Part shown: positions 49,868 through 59,120 of the stretch, in pieces
Layout of the letters: every line of letters starts with the position of its first letter
Numbering within the stretch: position 1 is the first letter of the stretch
From: a virus
Lineage: Duplodnaviria > Heunggongvirae > Uroviricota > Caudoviricetes
IMG/VR virus record: IMGVR_UViG_3300042349_000626
DNA length: 64,000 nucleotides
Reading direction: 5' to 3' (one strand)
Position numbers and translations under genes: made by a program
The notes under the pieces: model-generated
What the model was told of the DNA's origin: nothing
What the model saw: only the letters and a program-made list of their open reading frames with translations
Database searches by the model: none

Positions 49868-50349
49868 TGAAAAAAAGAGTTCCTTCCGAAAGAGAAATAG
49901 CCAGAAAACATGGCGTCTCTGTTAAATATGTTATACGTCAAGCCGAAGTTGGTTCTACTGTAGAGCGTGAGCATGTTACTGACCACAAAGCTGCTTACGA
50001 AATTGCTCTACAGCATTTAGATGAATTTCCAGATTACTACAAACACTTACTAGCAATGGAAAAGAAAATGAAAGCAGAATACAAAAAGAAAAAATCTTTT
50101 AAACAAATAAAAGAATCTCTTGGTATGGTAGAAAATCATATTGATGTCGCCATGGGCAGAGAACTTGATGATGAAGGAGCAATGATCCTTAACCAACTCG
50201 AAGAAATTAAGCACTGCTGTGATCGTCTAATGTCATCGATCAAATCACCAACAATGCAGGTTCCTGGTTGGGTTCAGTCCAAAGTAACTCTTGCTGCTGA
50301 CTACATTGATTCTGCTGCTAAGTACATGGACAATAAGCACGAAGGGTGA
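49867..50349 (+). CDS. hypothetical two-domain protein (DUF5661-like N-terminal part)
   Basis: G..VE.EH......A.EIAL.HL.E.PDYY motif, then a WVQSKVTLAADY domain. Start placed at the TAATG overlap. Confidence 0.7.
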   Translation: MKKRVPSEREIARKHGVSVKYVIRQAEVGSTVEREHVTDHKAAYEIALQHLDEFPDYYKHLLAMEKKMKAEYKKKKSFKQIKESLGMVENHIDVAMGRELDDEGAMILNQLEEIKHCCDRLMSSIKSPTMQVPGWVQSKVTLAADYIDSAAKYMDNKHEG

Positions 50350-50436
50350 GGATTCCTTAACAAAACTTCGGTAACTATTGTAACACCACAAACATCGTAT
50401 TCTAAATATAATATTAACCTTATACAGGTGAGAACT

Positions 50437-50673
50437 ATGAATACCAAAACATGTCCAAAGTGTGGTGCTCAATGGATTGACAACCAGCATTTTTGGACTG
50501 GCACAAACAAGAAAGGCGATGAATCAGAACTTGCTTCTTTAGTTTGTGACAAATTTGGAGATAATACATGTATCAATCCTTGTAAGGGAACCACCGATGG
50601 CAAGGGGTGGGAGAATAGATTAAATAATATGGATGCTGTTGATAAAGATTTAAAGAGGGCATTAGATGAGTAG
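50437..50673 (+). CDS. small Cys-rich hypothetical protein
   Basis: CPKCGA.W...LVC.....CINPC. CTAAATA at 50402-50408 and AGGTGAG upstream. Confidence 0.75.
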   Translation: MNTKTCPKCGAQWIDNQHFWTGTNKKGDESELASLVCDKFGDNTCINPCKGTTDGKGWENRLNNMDAVDKDLKRALDE

Positions 50674-52312
50674 TGATCAAATTTATTTGGGGAATCCGCT
50701 TTTAAAAAAAGCAAACGTTCCCCACAATTGGACAAAAGCAGAAATTAAAGAATATTTAAAATGTAAAGAAGATCCAGTATATTTCGCCCTAAACTACGTT
50801 AAAATTGTTCAGGTTGATGAGGGTTTAATACCCTTTAGAATGTATGACTTTCAGAAAGAGTTAGTCAAAAAATTTCACGAAAACAGATTTAACATTGCTA
50901 AGCTCCCAAGGCAGACTGGAAAATCAACTGTTGTTGTTTCCTATCTGCTTCACTATGCGTTGTTTAACGATAGCTCTAACATCGGCATTCTAGCAAACAA
51001 AGCATCTACTGCTCGTGACCTACTAGGAAGATTACAGACGGCATACGAAAATCTTCCAAAGTGGTTACAGCAGGGTGTTCTCTCATGGAACAAAGGTTCG
51101 ATGGAACTTGAGAATGGTTCCAAGATTATGGCAGCGTCAACCTCAGCATCTGCCGTTCGAGGAATGTCATTCAACATTATCTTCTTGGACGAATTTGCTT
51201 TCGTACCAAACCATATTGCTGACGACTTCTTCTCGTCTGTATATCCCACTATTTCATCTGGTCAAAGAACTAAAGTTATTATTATTTCTACCCCATATGG
51301 TATGAACCACTTCTATAAGTTGTGGGTAGATGCTCAAAACCAAAGAAACAATTATATTTGGACTGAGGTTCACTGGTCAGAAGTTCCTGGTCGTGATGCT
51401 AAGTGGAAAGAAGAAACGATTAAGAACACTTCTGAACGGCAGTTCACTCAGGAATTTGAGTGTGAATTCTTAGGATCGGTTGATACACTTATTGCCGCTT
51501 CTAAATTGAGATCACTTGTATTTGATACTCCAATTAGTTCAAATAAAGGATTGGATGTGTACGAAACGCCGGATGAAAAGCGTGAATATATTATGACTGC
51601 TGACGTAGCGAGAGGTATTGGTGGAGACTATTCGGCGTTTATTGTGTTTGATATTACTACTGTACCATATAAAGTTGTAGCAAAATACAGAAACAACGAA
51701 ATAAAACCGATGCTTTTTCCAAACGTCATCAATGACGTTGCTAGAGCATACAACAATGCCTATGTTTTATGTGAAGTAAATGATGTTGGCGATCAGGTAG
51801 CATCTATTCTCAACTATGATTTAGAGTACCCTAATGTATTAATGTGTTCTATGAGAGGTAGAGCTGGTCAGATTGTTGGTCAAGGATTCTCTGGCAACAA
51901 GACACAACTAGGAATTAAAATGTCCATCACCGTGAAAAAAGTTGGATGTCAAAATATTAAACAATTAATTGAAGACGACAAATTATTGTTTAGAGATTAC
52001 GAAATTATATCTGAGCTTACGACATTCATACAGAAAAAGCAATCTTTTGAGGCGGACGACGGATTCCACGATGATCTTGTAATGTGCTTAGTAATTTTTG
52101 GATGGTTGGCAGTTCAAGATTATTTTAAAGAAATGACGGACAATGATGTTCGTAAAAGAATTTATGAAGAGCAAAAAAATCAGATAGAACAAGACATGTC
52201 TCCGTTTGGTTTCATCGTAACTGGTCTAGAAGGAGACGAAGGATTTGTTGAAGATGGTATTGTTTGGTATGGAGATACACAAGAAGATGTATCGTATATG
52301 TGGAACAACTGA
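50666..52312 (+). CDS. gp17: terminase large subunit gp17
   Basis: Walker A PRQTGKST, Walker B IIFLDEFAF, ISTP.G and nuclease motifs D.A.G.G.DYS and HDDLVM. Confidence 0.98.
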   Translation: MSSDQIYLGNPLLKKANVPHNWTKAEIKEYLKCKEDPVYFALNYVKIVQVDEGLIPFRMYDFQKELVKKFHENRFNIAKLPRQTGKSTVVVSYLLHYALFNDSSNIGILANKASTARDLLGRLQTAYENLPKWLQQGVLSWNKGSMELENGSKIMAASTSASAVRGMSFNIIFLDEFAFVPNHIADDFFSSVYPTISSGQRTKVIIISTPYGMNHFYKLWVDAQNQRNNYIWTEVHWSEVPGRDAKWKEETIKNTSERQFTQEFECEFLGSVDTLIAASKLRSLVFDTPISSNKGLDVYETPDEKREYIMTADVARGIGGDYSAFIVFDITTVPYKVVAKYRNNEIKPMLFPNVINDVARAYNNAYVLCEVNDVGDQVASILNYDLEYPNVLMCSMRGRAGQIVGQGFSGNKTQLGIKMSITVKKVGCQNIKQLIEDDKLLFRDYEIISELTTFIQKKQSFEADDGFHDDLVMCLVIFGWLAVQDYFKEMTDNDVRKRIYEEQKNQIEQDMSPFGFIVTGLEGDEGFVEDGIVWYGDTQEDVSYMWNN

Positions 52313-52317
52313 TTTTC

Positions 52318-52324
52318 ATAAATA
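52318..52324 (+). promoter_or_regulatory. late promoter motif
   Basis: ATAAATA upstream of gp18, which has a GAGGAG RBS. Confidence 0.65.
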
Positions 52325-52363
52325 ATTTTAGATTTAAATGGATAAAACCGAGAGGAGAATAAA

Positions 52364-54607
52364 ATGGCAAGTCAAGTCTCGCCTGGAATTGTAATTAAGG
52401 AGCGTGATTTATCAAATGCTGTAATCACTGGTGCTCAACAGATTACTGCCGCATTTGCTTCTACATTTCAAAAAGGACCTATTGATGAAATTGTGAATGT
52501 AAGTTCACAGAAACAACTTATCGATGTATTTGGCAAACCTTCAGATGCTAACGCCGAAGATTGGTATGTTGCTTCCGAATTTTTAAACTACGGTGGTAGA
52601 TTAGCTGTAGTTCGTTCGGCTACCAACGTAGAAAATGCTACTACCGATGGTGGTTACTTAGTTAAGAACGATCAGGATTGGATTTCTGGTGGTTCTATTT
52701 CGGAACCTTTTGTTGCTAGAACTGCCGGAACCTGGGGTAATTCACTTCTAGTTGCTGTAATTGATAGAGGTGCCGATCAATACGTAACCTTGAATCAGGA
52801 TCCAGCAGATGTTCAGCAGGGTACTATCCTAACATTTACTGGTGGAAAAACTGCCGAAGTAATTTACTGGAATTCTCAAACAAACGTAGCTACAGTTTTA
52901 TTAACTGGCGGTTCAGAGTTAATTACAACTTCAGATACTTTAGATACTCCAGATACTGGTGTAGTTTCAACCATCAATTCGATAAGTCCTATTTCTGCTA
53001 CCAGAACTCCTGGAACTTATACTGGTGTTGCTACTACTGGGGGAACTGGCGCCGGATTAACTGTCACTGTAACCATTGCCGATGCTGGTGGTGGAGCTGG
53101 CGGAACAGTTAATGTTACTGTAGTCAATGGTGGCGCTGGATATATTGTAGGAAATACAATTACTGTTGCTGCTGCTTTAATTGGCACAACTGGTCCTGAT
53201 GTCACTTTCCAAGTAGCTTCAGTAAATAACACAGCAATTGCTGTAACTGCCGTTTCTGATTGGTACACTAACACAGAAATTACCTACGGCATGGGTCAAA
53301 CTACTGGCATTAAGTTATCTGCTGTTGGTCCTCGCCCAGGAACTTCTGACTATGCTTCTTCTAGAGGAATTGAATGGGACGAAGTACACGTAGCTGTTAT
53401 TGATTTAACTGGTGCTATCTCTGGTTCAGCAAATAATGTCATAGAAAGATTTACTTATCTTTCAAAACTTGCCGATGGAAGAAGCACCGAAAGTGCTAAC
53501 ACTTATTACAGAACTGTAATTAACGAGCAATCATCTTACGTATTTACTGGCGCTCATCCTTCTACTAATTACAACGCTGGTGGAGGTTATTCTTACTATG
53601 CTTGGGGTCTAGAGTCAACCGATCTAGAAGCTGGAGATAAATTTAATCTAGCTTTAGTATCACCAAATACTCTTTATGGTGGCACAGATGATTACGAATA
53701 TAACTCAGCCGAGATTGGCTTAGCTTATGATCTTTTCTTAGATACTGAAGCTACTGTCGTAGATTTTGTACTAATGGGTGGATCTATGGCATTAGAATCA
53801 GACACTAAAGCAAAAGCGGCAAAAGTTCTTTCAATTGCTGCTTCAAGAAAAGATTGTATTGCTTTTGTATCACCACATAAAGGAAACCAAGTAGGTTCTA
53901 GTGGTGCTTTAACTACTTCACAGCAAAAAATTAATACTATTAATTTCTTTAATGGTTTAGCATCAACATCTTATGGAATATTTGATAGTGGTTATAAGTA
54001 TTTCTATGACCGTTTCAATGATAAGTATCGTTATATTCCATGTAACGGAGATATCGCTGGTTTATGTGTAGCTACTTCAGCAACTTTAGATGATTGGTAT
54101 TCGCCTGCTGGGGTAAACAGAGGTTCACTACGTAACGCTGTTAAATTAGCTTACAATCCAAACAAAGCTGATAGAGATGAGCTTTATCAGGCAAGAATCA
54201 ATCCTATTGTTTCTTTCCCTGGCTCAGGTGTAACTCTATTTGGTGATAAAACTGCTCTTGCTTCACCAAGTGCTTTTGACAGAATTAACGTTCGTCGTTT
54301 ATTCCTCAATGTTCAAAAGAGAGCAGAAGGACTTGCCAAGCAAGTTCTATTCGAACAGAATGATGAAACAACTAGAGCATCTTTTGCTAGTGCTCTAAAT
54401 TCCTATATGGGTGAAGTTCAGGCAAGAAGAGGTGTAACCGACTTCCTGGTTGTTTGTGATGATTCAAACAATACTCCAGATGTAATTGATCGTAACGAAT
54501 TTGTTGCTGAAATTTATATTAAACCAACCCGTTCTATCAACTATATCACTGTAACCTTAACGGCTACTAAGACTGGTGTTTCGTTTGCTGAAGTAGTTGG
54601 TCGCTGA
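52364..54607 (+). CDS. gp18: tail sheath protein gp18
   Basis: SPG+..KE.D, W.SPAG..RG, GDKT....SAFDRINVRRLF and KP.RSIN.I motifs. Confidence 0.97.
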   Translation: MASQVSPGIVIKERDLSNAVITGAQQITAAFASTFQKGPIDEIVNVSSQKQLIDVFGKPSDANAEDWYVASEFLNYGGRLAVVRSATNVENATTDGGYLVKNDQDWISGGSISEPFVARTAGTWGNSLLVAVIDRGADQYVTLNQDPADVQQGTILTFTGGKTAEVIYWNSQTNVATVLLTGGSELITTSDTLDTPDTGVVSTINSISPISATRTPGTYTGVATTGGTGAGLTVTVTIADAGGGAGGTVNVTVVNGGAGYIVGNTITVAAALIGTTGPDVTFQVASVNNTAIAVTAVSDWYTNTEITYGMGQTTGIKLSAVGPRPGTSDYASSRGIEWDEVHVAVIDLTGAISGSANNVIERFTYLSKLADGRSTESANTYYRTVINEQSSYVFTGAHPSTNYNAGGGYSYYAWGLESTDLEAGDKFNLALVSPNTLYGGTDDYEYNSAEIGLAYDLFLDTEATVVDFVLMGGSMALESDTKAKAAKVLSIAASRKDCIAFVSPHKGNQVGSSGALTTSQQKINTINFFNGLASTSYGIFDSGYKYFYDRFNDKYRYIPCNGDIAGLCVATSATLDDWYSPAGVNRGSLRNAVKLAYNPNKADRDELYQARINPIVSFPGSGVTLFGDKTALASPSAFDRINVRRLFLNVQKRAEGLAKQVLFEQNDETTRASFASALNSYMGEVQARRGVTDFLVVCDDSNNTPDVIDRNEFVAEIYIKPTRSINYITVTLTATKTGVSFAEVVGR

Positions 54608-54640
54608 TTAATCACAAACAAAACAACGAGGTAAAAAACA

Positions 54641-55282
54641 ATGGCAACAAAAATTAACGATTTTATTTCAAGGATTGGTCAAGGTACTAAGCCTAACATG
54701 TTCGCCATCGATATTGTATGGCCAAGTGATTTGGGAGCAGGCAATCCATCTGCTACTGGAGATGACAAAAATTTAGTAGATCTTCTTTGTAAGTCTGCTG
54801 CTCTTCCTGCTTCCCAAATAGGTGTTATTGAAGTTCCTTTTAGAGGTAGAACAGTCAAAATTGCTGGCGATAGAACTTTTGATACATGGTCCCCAACCTT
54901 CTTCAATGATAAGGACATGAAAATTCGTGCCTATTTTGAGCAATGGCTTGAAGCTATTAATACTCACAATGGCAACAATGCTCCCAAATTCAGACCTTCA
55001 CAAACAGGTGATCAAGGTTATATGGCAGCAGCAGTTAGAGTAAAACAACTCGAAAAAAATAATAGCGAAAGAGGAACTATCCTCAGAGAATATACTTTAC
55101 ATCATGCTTTCCCAACCAATGTATCACAAATTGATCTTGGTTATGATAGCAATGATCAAATTTCTGAGTTCTCTGTAGAATTCCAATATTCATACTGGAC
55201 AGTCGAAACGCCTACAGCTACCGCCATTACCGATGGCGCTGCTACTGGCATCGCTGGTGTAGAGAAAAGAGTCAACAAATAA
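54641..55282 (+). CDS. gp19: tail tube protein gp19
   Basis: CKSAALPAS, VPFRGR.VKIAGDRTFD.W and FPTNVS.IDL.YD motifs. Confidence 0.96.
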   Translation: MATKINDFISRIGQGTKPNMFAIDIVWPSDLGAGNPSATGDDKNLVDLLCKSAALPASQIGVIEVPFRGRTVKIAGDRTFDTWSPTFFNDKDMKIRAYFEQWLEAINTHNGNNAPKFRPSQTGDQGYMAAAVRVKQLEKNNSERGTILREYTLHHAFPTNVSQIDLGYDSNDQISEFSVEFQYSYWTVETPTATAITDGAATGIAGVEKRVNK

Positions 55283-55320
55283 ACTTAAATAAATAGATCA
55301 TCGAATCTATTTAATTTAAT

Positions 55321-57021
55321 ATGAGTCAACTGTTTGGATTTAAAATTAACAAGAAGGAGGGATTGAAGGGTCAATCCCCAATTCCTCCCAATCAAGAAGA
55401 TGCCGTAGCCACCGTAGCAGGTGGCTATTTTGGCACGTATGTTGACGTTGAAGGCATATCAAGAAACGAGTACGAACTCATTCAACGATATCGTAGCATG
55501 GCACTTCACCCTGAGTGTGATACTGCTATTGACGAAATTGTGAATGAGTTTGTTGTTTCTGATGCCGACGATACGCCAGTAGAAATTGAGTTGTCTAATT
55601 TAAATTTAGGCGAAAATATTAAAGCAAAAATTAGACAAGAATTTAATACAATTCTTAGAATGCTTAAATTTGATAAGCACTCTCACCAAATTATTCGTAA
55701 TTGGTATATTGATGGTAGATTACATTATCATAAAGTAGTTGATTTAGATAATCCAAAGAAAGGTATTTTAGAATTAAGATATATTGATGCTTTAAAAATT
55801 AAAAAAGTTAGACAAAAATTTGAAAAAAGAGAAGCGGAAAAGCATATCGAAAGAGGCTCTGCTTTAGAATTTGATTGGGGAGATTATATCGAATACTATC
55901 TGTATAATCCACAAGGATTTGGTGTAGCCAATGTTCCTACTACGACAGGTACATATAACTATGCCAACAGTCAAGGAATTAAAATTGCAGCTGACTCAAT
56001 CGCTTATTGTGATTCTGGTTTGAAAGATACTAATAAGAAGATGACTATTAGTTTTCTTCACAAATCAATCAAGTCACTCAACCAGCTAAGAATGATTGAG
56101 GACTCACTTGTTATCTATAGATTGTCTCGTGCCCCAGAACGTAGAATTTTTTATATTGATGTAGGCAATCTTCCCAAAGTAAAAGCGGAACAATACCTCC
56201 GTGATGTTATGGCAAGATATCGTAACAAGTTAGTATACGATTCTGCCACAGGAGAAATTCGTGATGACAAAAAGCATATGAGTATGCTTGAAGATTTTTG
56301 GCTACCTCGTCGTGAAGGTGGTCGTGGCACAGAAATCACAACACTCCCAGGTGGTCAGAATCTTGGAGAACTTAAGGACGTAGAGTATTTTAAAAAGAAA
56401 CTTTACAATTCTCTTAACCTTCCACCATCAAGATTAACTGACGACAACAAAGCTTTTAATCTTGGTAAAACAACAGAAATTCTCAGAGACGAACTTAAAT
56501 TTGCTAAGTTTATTGGTCGTCTTCGTAAAAGATTTAGTGAACTATTCCACGATATTCTTAAGACACAATTAATTCTTAAGGGTATCATCACTCCGGAAGA
56601 TTGGGAGGATATGGAAGAGCATATTCAATATGACTTCCTATTTGATAATCATTTTAATGAGTTAAAGCAAACAGAATTAATGAAAGAAAGAATTGCTTTA
56701 ACAATTGATATGGATCCTTTTGTCGGAAAATATTTTTCTACTGAATATATTCGTCGCCAAGTATTGATGCAAACTGAAGTTGAATACAAGGAAATGGATC
56801 GCCAGATGAAGAAAGATATCAAATCTGGAGTTGCTATTAGTGCAGCAGATTCTATGTCATTGGATACTATGGCAAGACAAAATGATGCTTTTGCTCCAGA
56901 AATTCAAGATGCTCAAGCACAAGATGATGCCCAAAGACAACTGGATTTAGAAAAAGAAAAGGCAAAGTTAGCACCCAAAACGCCAGCAAAACCAGCCTCA
57001 AATAAAGGTTCTGCTAAATAA
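55321..57021 (+). CDS. gp20: portal protein gp20
   Basis: RAPERRIFYIDVGNLPK.KAEQY, EDFWLPRREGGRGTEI.TLPGGQNLG and ILRDELKF motifs. Confidence 0.98.
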   Translation: MSQLFGFKINKKEGLKGQSPIPPNQEDAVATVAGGYFGTYVDVEGISRNEYELIQRYRSMALHPECDTAIDEIVNEFVVSDADDTPVEIELSNLNLGENIKAKIRQEFNTILRMLKFDKHSHQIIRNWYIDGRLHYHKVVDLDNPKKGILELRYIDALKIKKVRQKFEKREAEKHIERGSALEFDWGDYIEYYLYNPQGFGVANVPTTTGTYNYANSQGIKIAADSIAYCDSGLKDTNKKMTISFLHKSIKSLNQLRMIEDSLVIYRLSRAPERRIFYIDVGNLPKVKAEQYLRDVMARYRNKLVYDSATGEIRDDKKHMSMLEDFWLPRREGGRGTEITTLPGGQNLGELKDVEYFKKKLYNSLNLPPSRLTDDNKAFNLGKTTEILRDELKFAKFIGRLRKRFSELFHDILKTQLILKGIITPEDWEDMEEHIQYDFLFDNHFNELKQTELMKERIALTIDMDPFVGKYFSTEYIRRQVLMQTEVEYKEMDRQMKKDIKSGVAISAADSMSLDTMARQNDAFAPEIQDAQAQDDAQRQLDLEKEKAKLAPKTPAKPASNKGSAK

Positions 57022-57048
57022 TTCTATATTAAATTAAGGTTTATTTAT

Positions 57049-57225
57049 ATGTCTAATATTTTGAACATTGTGAGTTCGATTGCCGATAACAAAAAAGCAG
57101 AAGCTTTAGACTCAATTGAAGATCTGATGCAGTCAAGTGCTGCTGAAGCAATTGGTCTGTATAAAAAAGCTGTCGCTTCTACTTATTTTAATGAGCCAGT
57201 AGAACCACTAGAAACAGAACAATGA
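57049..57225 (+). CDS. small prohead-core protein (gp67/68 position), absent from the ORF track
   Basis: 58-aa ORF MSNILNIVSSIADNKKAEALDSIEDLM...YKKAVASTYF, after CTAAATA (57014-57020). ATGA overlap with gp21. Confidence 0.75.
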   Translation: MSNILNIVSSIADNKKAEALDSIEDLMQSSAAEAIGLYKKAVASTYFNEPVEPLETEQ

Positions 57226-57866
57226 AACTAATCACGGAAAATATCGAAGAGATTAACGTCCTCGTTGAAGAAAATAACGGAAAGAAACATCTTTACATTG
57301 AAGGAATTTTTCTACAATCCGAAATTAAAAACCGCAACGGACGTGTATATCCTTACGAAGTATTAAACAGAGAAGTACAAAGGTATAACGAACAGTATGT
57401 AAAATCTGGTCGTGCTTTAGGAGAACTTGGACATCCTGATGGTCCCACTGTTAATTTAGATAGAGTATCACATAAAATTATTTCGCTCAAATCAGAAGGA
57501 AGTAATTTTATTGGTAAAGCACAAGTTCTCGATACTCCTATGGGCAAAATTGCCAAATCACTTTTAGAAGAAGGTGTACGACTCGGAGTTTCTTCCCGTG
57601 GTATGGGTTCACTTGAAGAGCGTAACGGAGCGAACTATGTTCGTGATGATTTTATGCTTGCCACTGCTGCCGATATCGTAGCAGATCCTTCCGCACCAGA
57701 TGCTTTTGTTAATGGAATCATGGAAGGCAAAGAGTGGATTTGGGAAAATGGTATTCTACGTGAACATCAAGTAGCTAAATATCACAGATATATTTCGGAA
57801 TCTACCAGGCGAAATATTGAAGAAAGGAAGCTCAAATCCTTTGAGCACTTCCTTTCAAATCTATAA
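57222..57866 (+). CDS. gp21: prohead protease gp21
   Basis: NRNGR.YP, ALGELGHP, GVSSRGMGS and D.VADPSAPDAFV motifs. Confidence 0.97.
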   Translation: MKLITENIEEINVLVEENNGKKHLYIEGIFLQSEIKNRNGRVYPYEVLNREVQRYNEQYVKSGRALGELGHPDGPTVNLDRVSHKIISLKSEGSNFIGKAQVLDTPMGKIAKSLLEEGVRLGVSSRGMGSLEERNGANYVRDDFMLATAADIVADPSAPDAFVNGIMEGKEWIWENGILREHQVAKYHRYISESTRRNIEERKLKSFEHFLSNL

Positions 57867-57914
57867 TTTCATAAATAATCTTAGAATAATTGTTAGAAGT
57901 ACGAGGAAACTCAA

Positions 57915-59069
57915 ATGTCAGATATGCTAAACGAAAAATTTGGGGAGCTTGTTCAAGAACAAAAAGTTGTCCTTGAATCTGGCGATCCAATGCCTACAGT
58001 TTCAGCTTCGGTAATTCCTGGCACTGGAAAAGAGCCTTCACAAATTTCCGATGTTCAAACTTCAGGTGCTGGAGGTAAAGATCCCCAACCATCAGTTCCC
58101 CCTTCAGTTGCTATTGGCCAAAAGCCTGCTACTGATTTAGGTGGTACATCAACTACCCCCAACGAACATGATGATGAAGGCGAAGAGAATCCAGGAGCAA
58201 AAGCTGCCGCCCCAATTTCTCAAATTTCGGGTGACGCTCAACAGGCTCATCAAAAGAGTCCTGGTGATATGGCAACCACTCCAACTGTAGGTACTGAAGT
58301 TGCTTATGGTACTTCTACTGGTCCTGCTGTAACTTATCCAATCAAGCCTTCGTTTGAAGAACTTGATCTTTCTTCGGATGTCGCCGCTCTAACCGAAGGA
58401 GAAGAACTCTCAGAAGAGTATAAGGATAAAGCAAAAACAATTTTCGAAGCTGCCGTAAGAGCAAAGCTTACCGAAGAGTACGCTAGACTCGAAGAGCAGT
58501 TTGAAACAAAACTTGCCGAGAAAGTAGAAACTGTAAAGGAAGAACTTTCTGAGGAAGTAAAAGGAATGGTAGCATATGGTATTCAACGCTGGATCGAAGA
58601 AAACCAAGTTGCTATTGATCGTGGCATCCGCAACGAGATTACCGAAGACTTCATTGCTGGTCTAAGAAATCTCTTTGCTGAGCATTATATCAATATCCCC
58701 GACGAAAAAGCAAACGTTGTCGAGGAAATGGCTGACGAGCTTCGTGAGATGGAAGATCGCCTCAATGAACAAATTGAGCGTAACGTGGAATTAAATAATC
58801 GTCTTGCTGAGTCAAGCAAAGTTGTAATCCTAAACCAAGTTTCGGAAGGACTCGCTGACACTCAAAAAGAAAAGCTTGCTTCCCTATCTGAAGGGGTAAC
58901 ATTTGAAACGGCAGATCAATTTACTGAATCAGTAAAAACTCTCCGTAAATCATATTTCCCAGAATCAGTAATCAAATCAGAAGTAGGTGATGATACCCCA
59001 GTAGCGTTAAGCGAAGATGTATCGCCAGTAATGGCATCATATCTTCAAGCTTTACAACGCTGGAAGTGA
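57915..59069 (+). CDS. gp22: prohead core scaffold gp22
   Basis: LSEE+K.KA.TIFEAA, W..EN..AI..G and acidic coiled coil. Preceded by ATAAATA (57871) and GAGG. Confidence 0.93.
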   Translation: MSDMLNEKFGELVQEQKVVLESGDPMPTVSASVIPGTGKEPSQISDVQTSGAGGKDPQPSVPPSVAIGQKPATDLGGTSTTPNEHDDEGEENPGAKAAAPISQISGDAQQAHQKSPGDMATTPTVGTEVAYGTSTGPAVTYPIKPSFEELDLSSDVAALTEGEELSEEYKDKAKTIFEAAVRAKLTEEYARLEEQFETKLAEKVETVKEELSEEVKGMVAYGIQRWIEENQVAIDRGIRNEITEDFIAGLRNLFAEHYINIPDEKANVVEEMADELREMEDRLNEQIERNVELNNRLAESSKVVILNQVSEGLADTQKEKLASLSEGVTFETADQFTESVKTLRKSYFPESVIKSEVGDDTPVALSEDVSPVMASYLQALQRWK

Positions 59070-59120
59070 TCTAAATAATAAATATTATCAAACGATAACA
59101 TACGTTCAAAAGAGGTAAAA

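Noticed and set aside
50666-57021. Introns, inteins or homing endonucleases in gp17-gp20
   Set aside because: The frames are continuous and of ordinary length, and I saw no HNH, GIY-YIG, LAGLIDADG or intein motifs.
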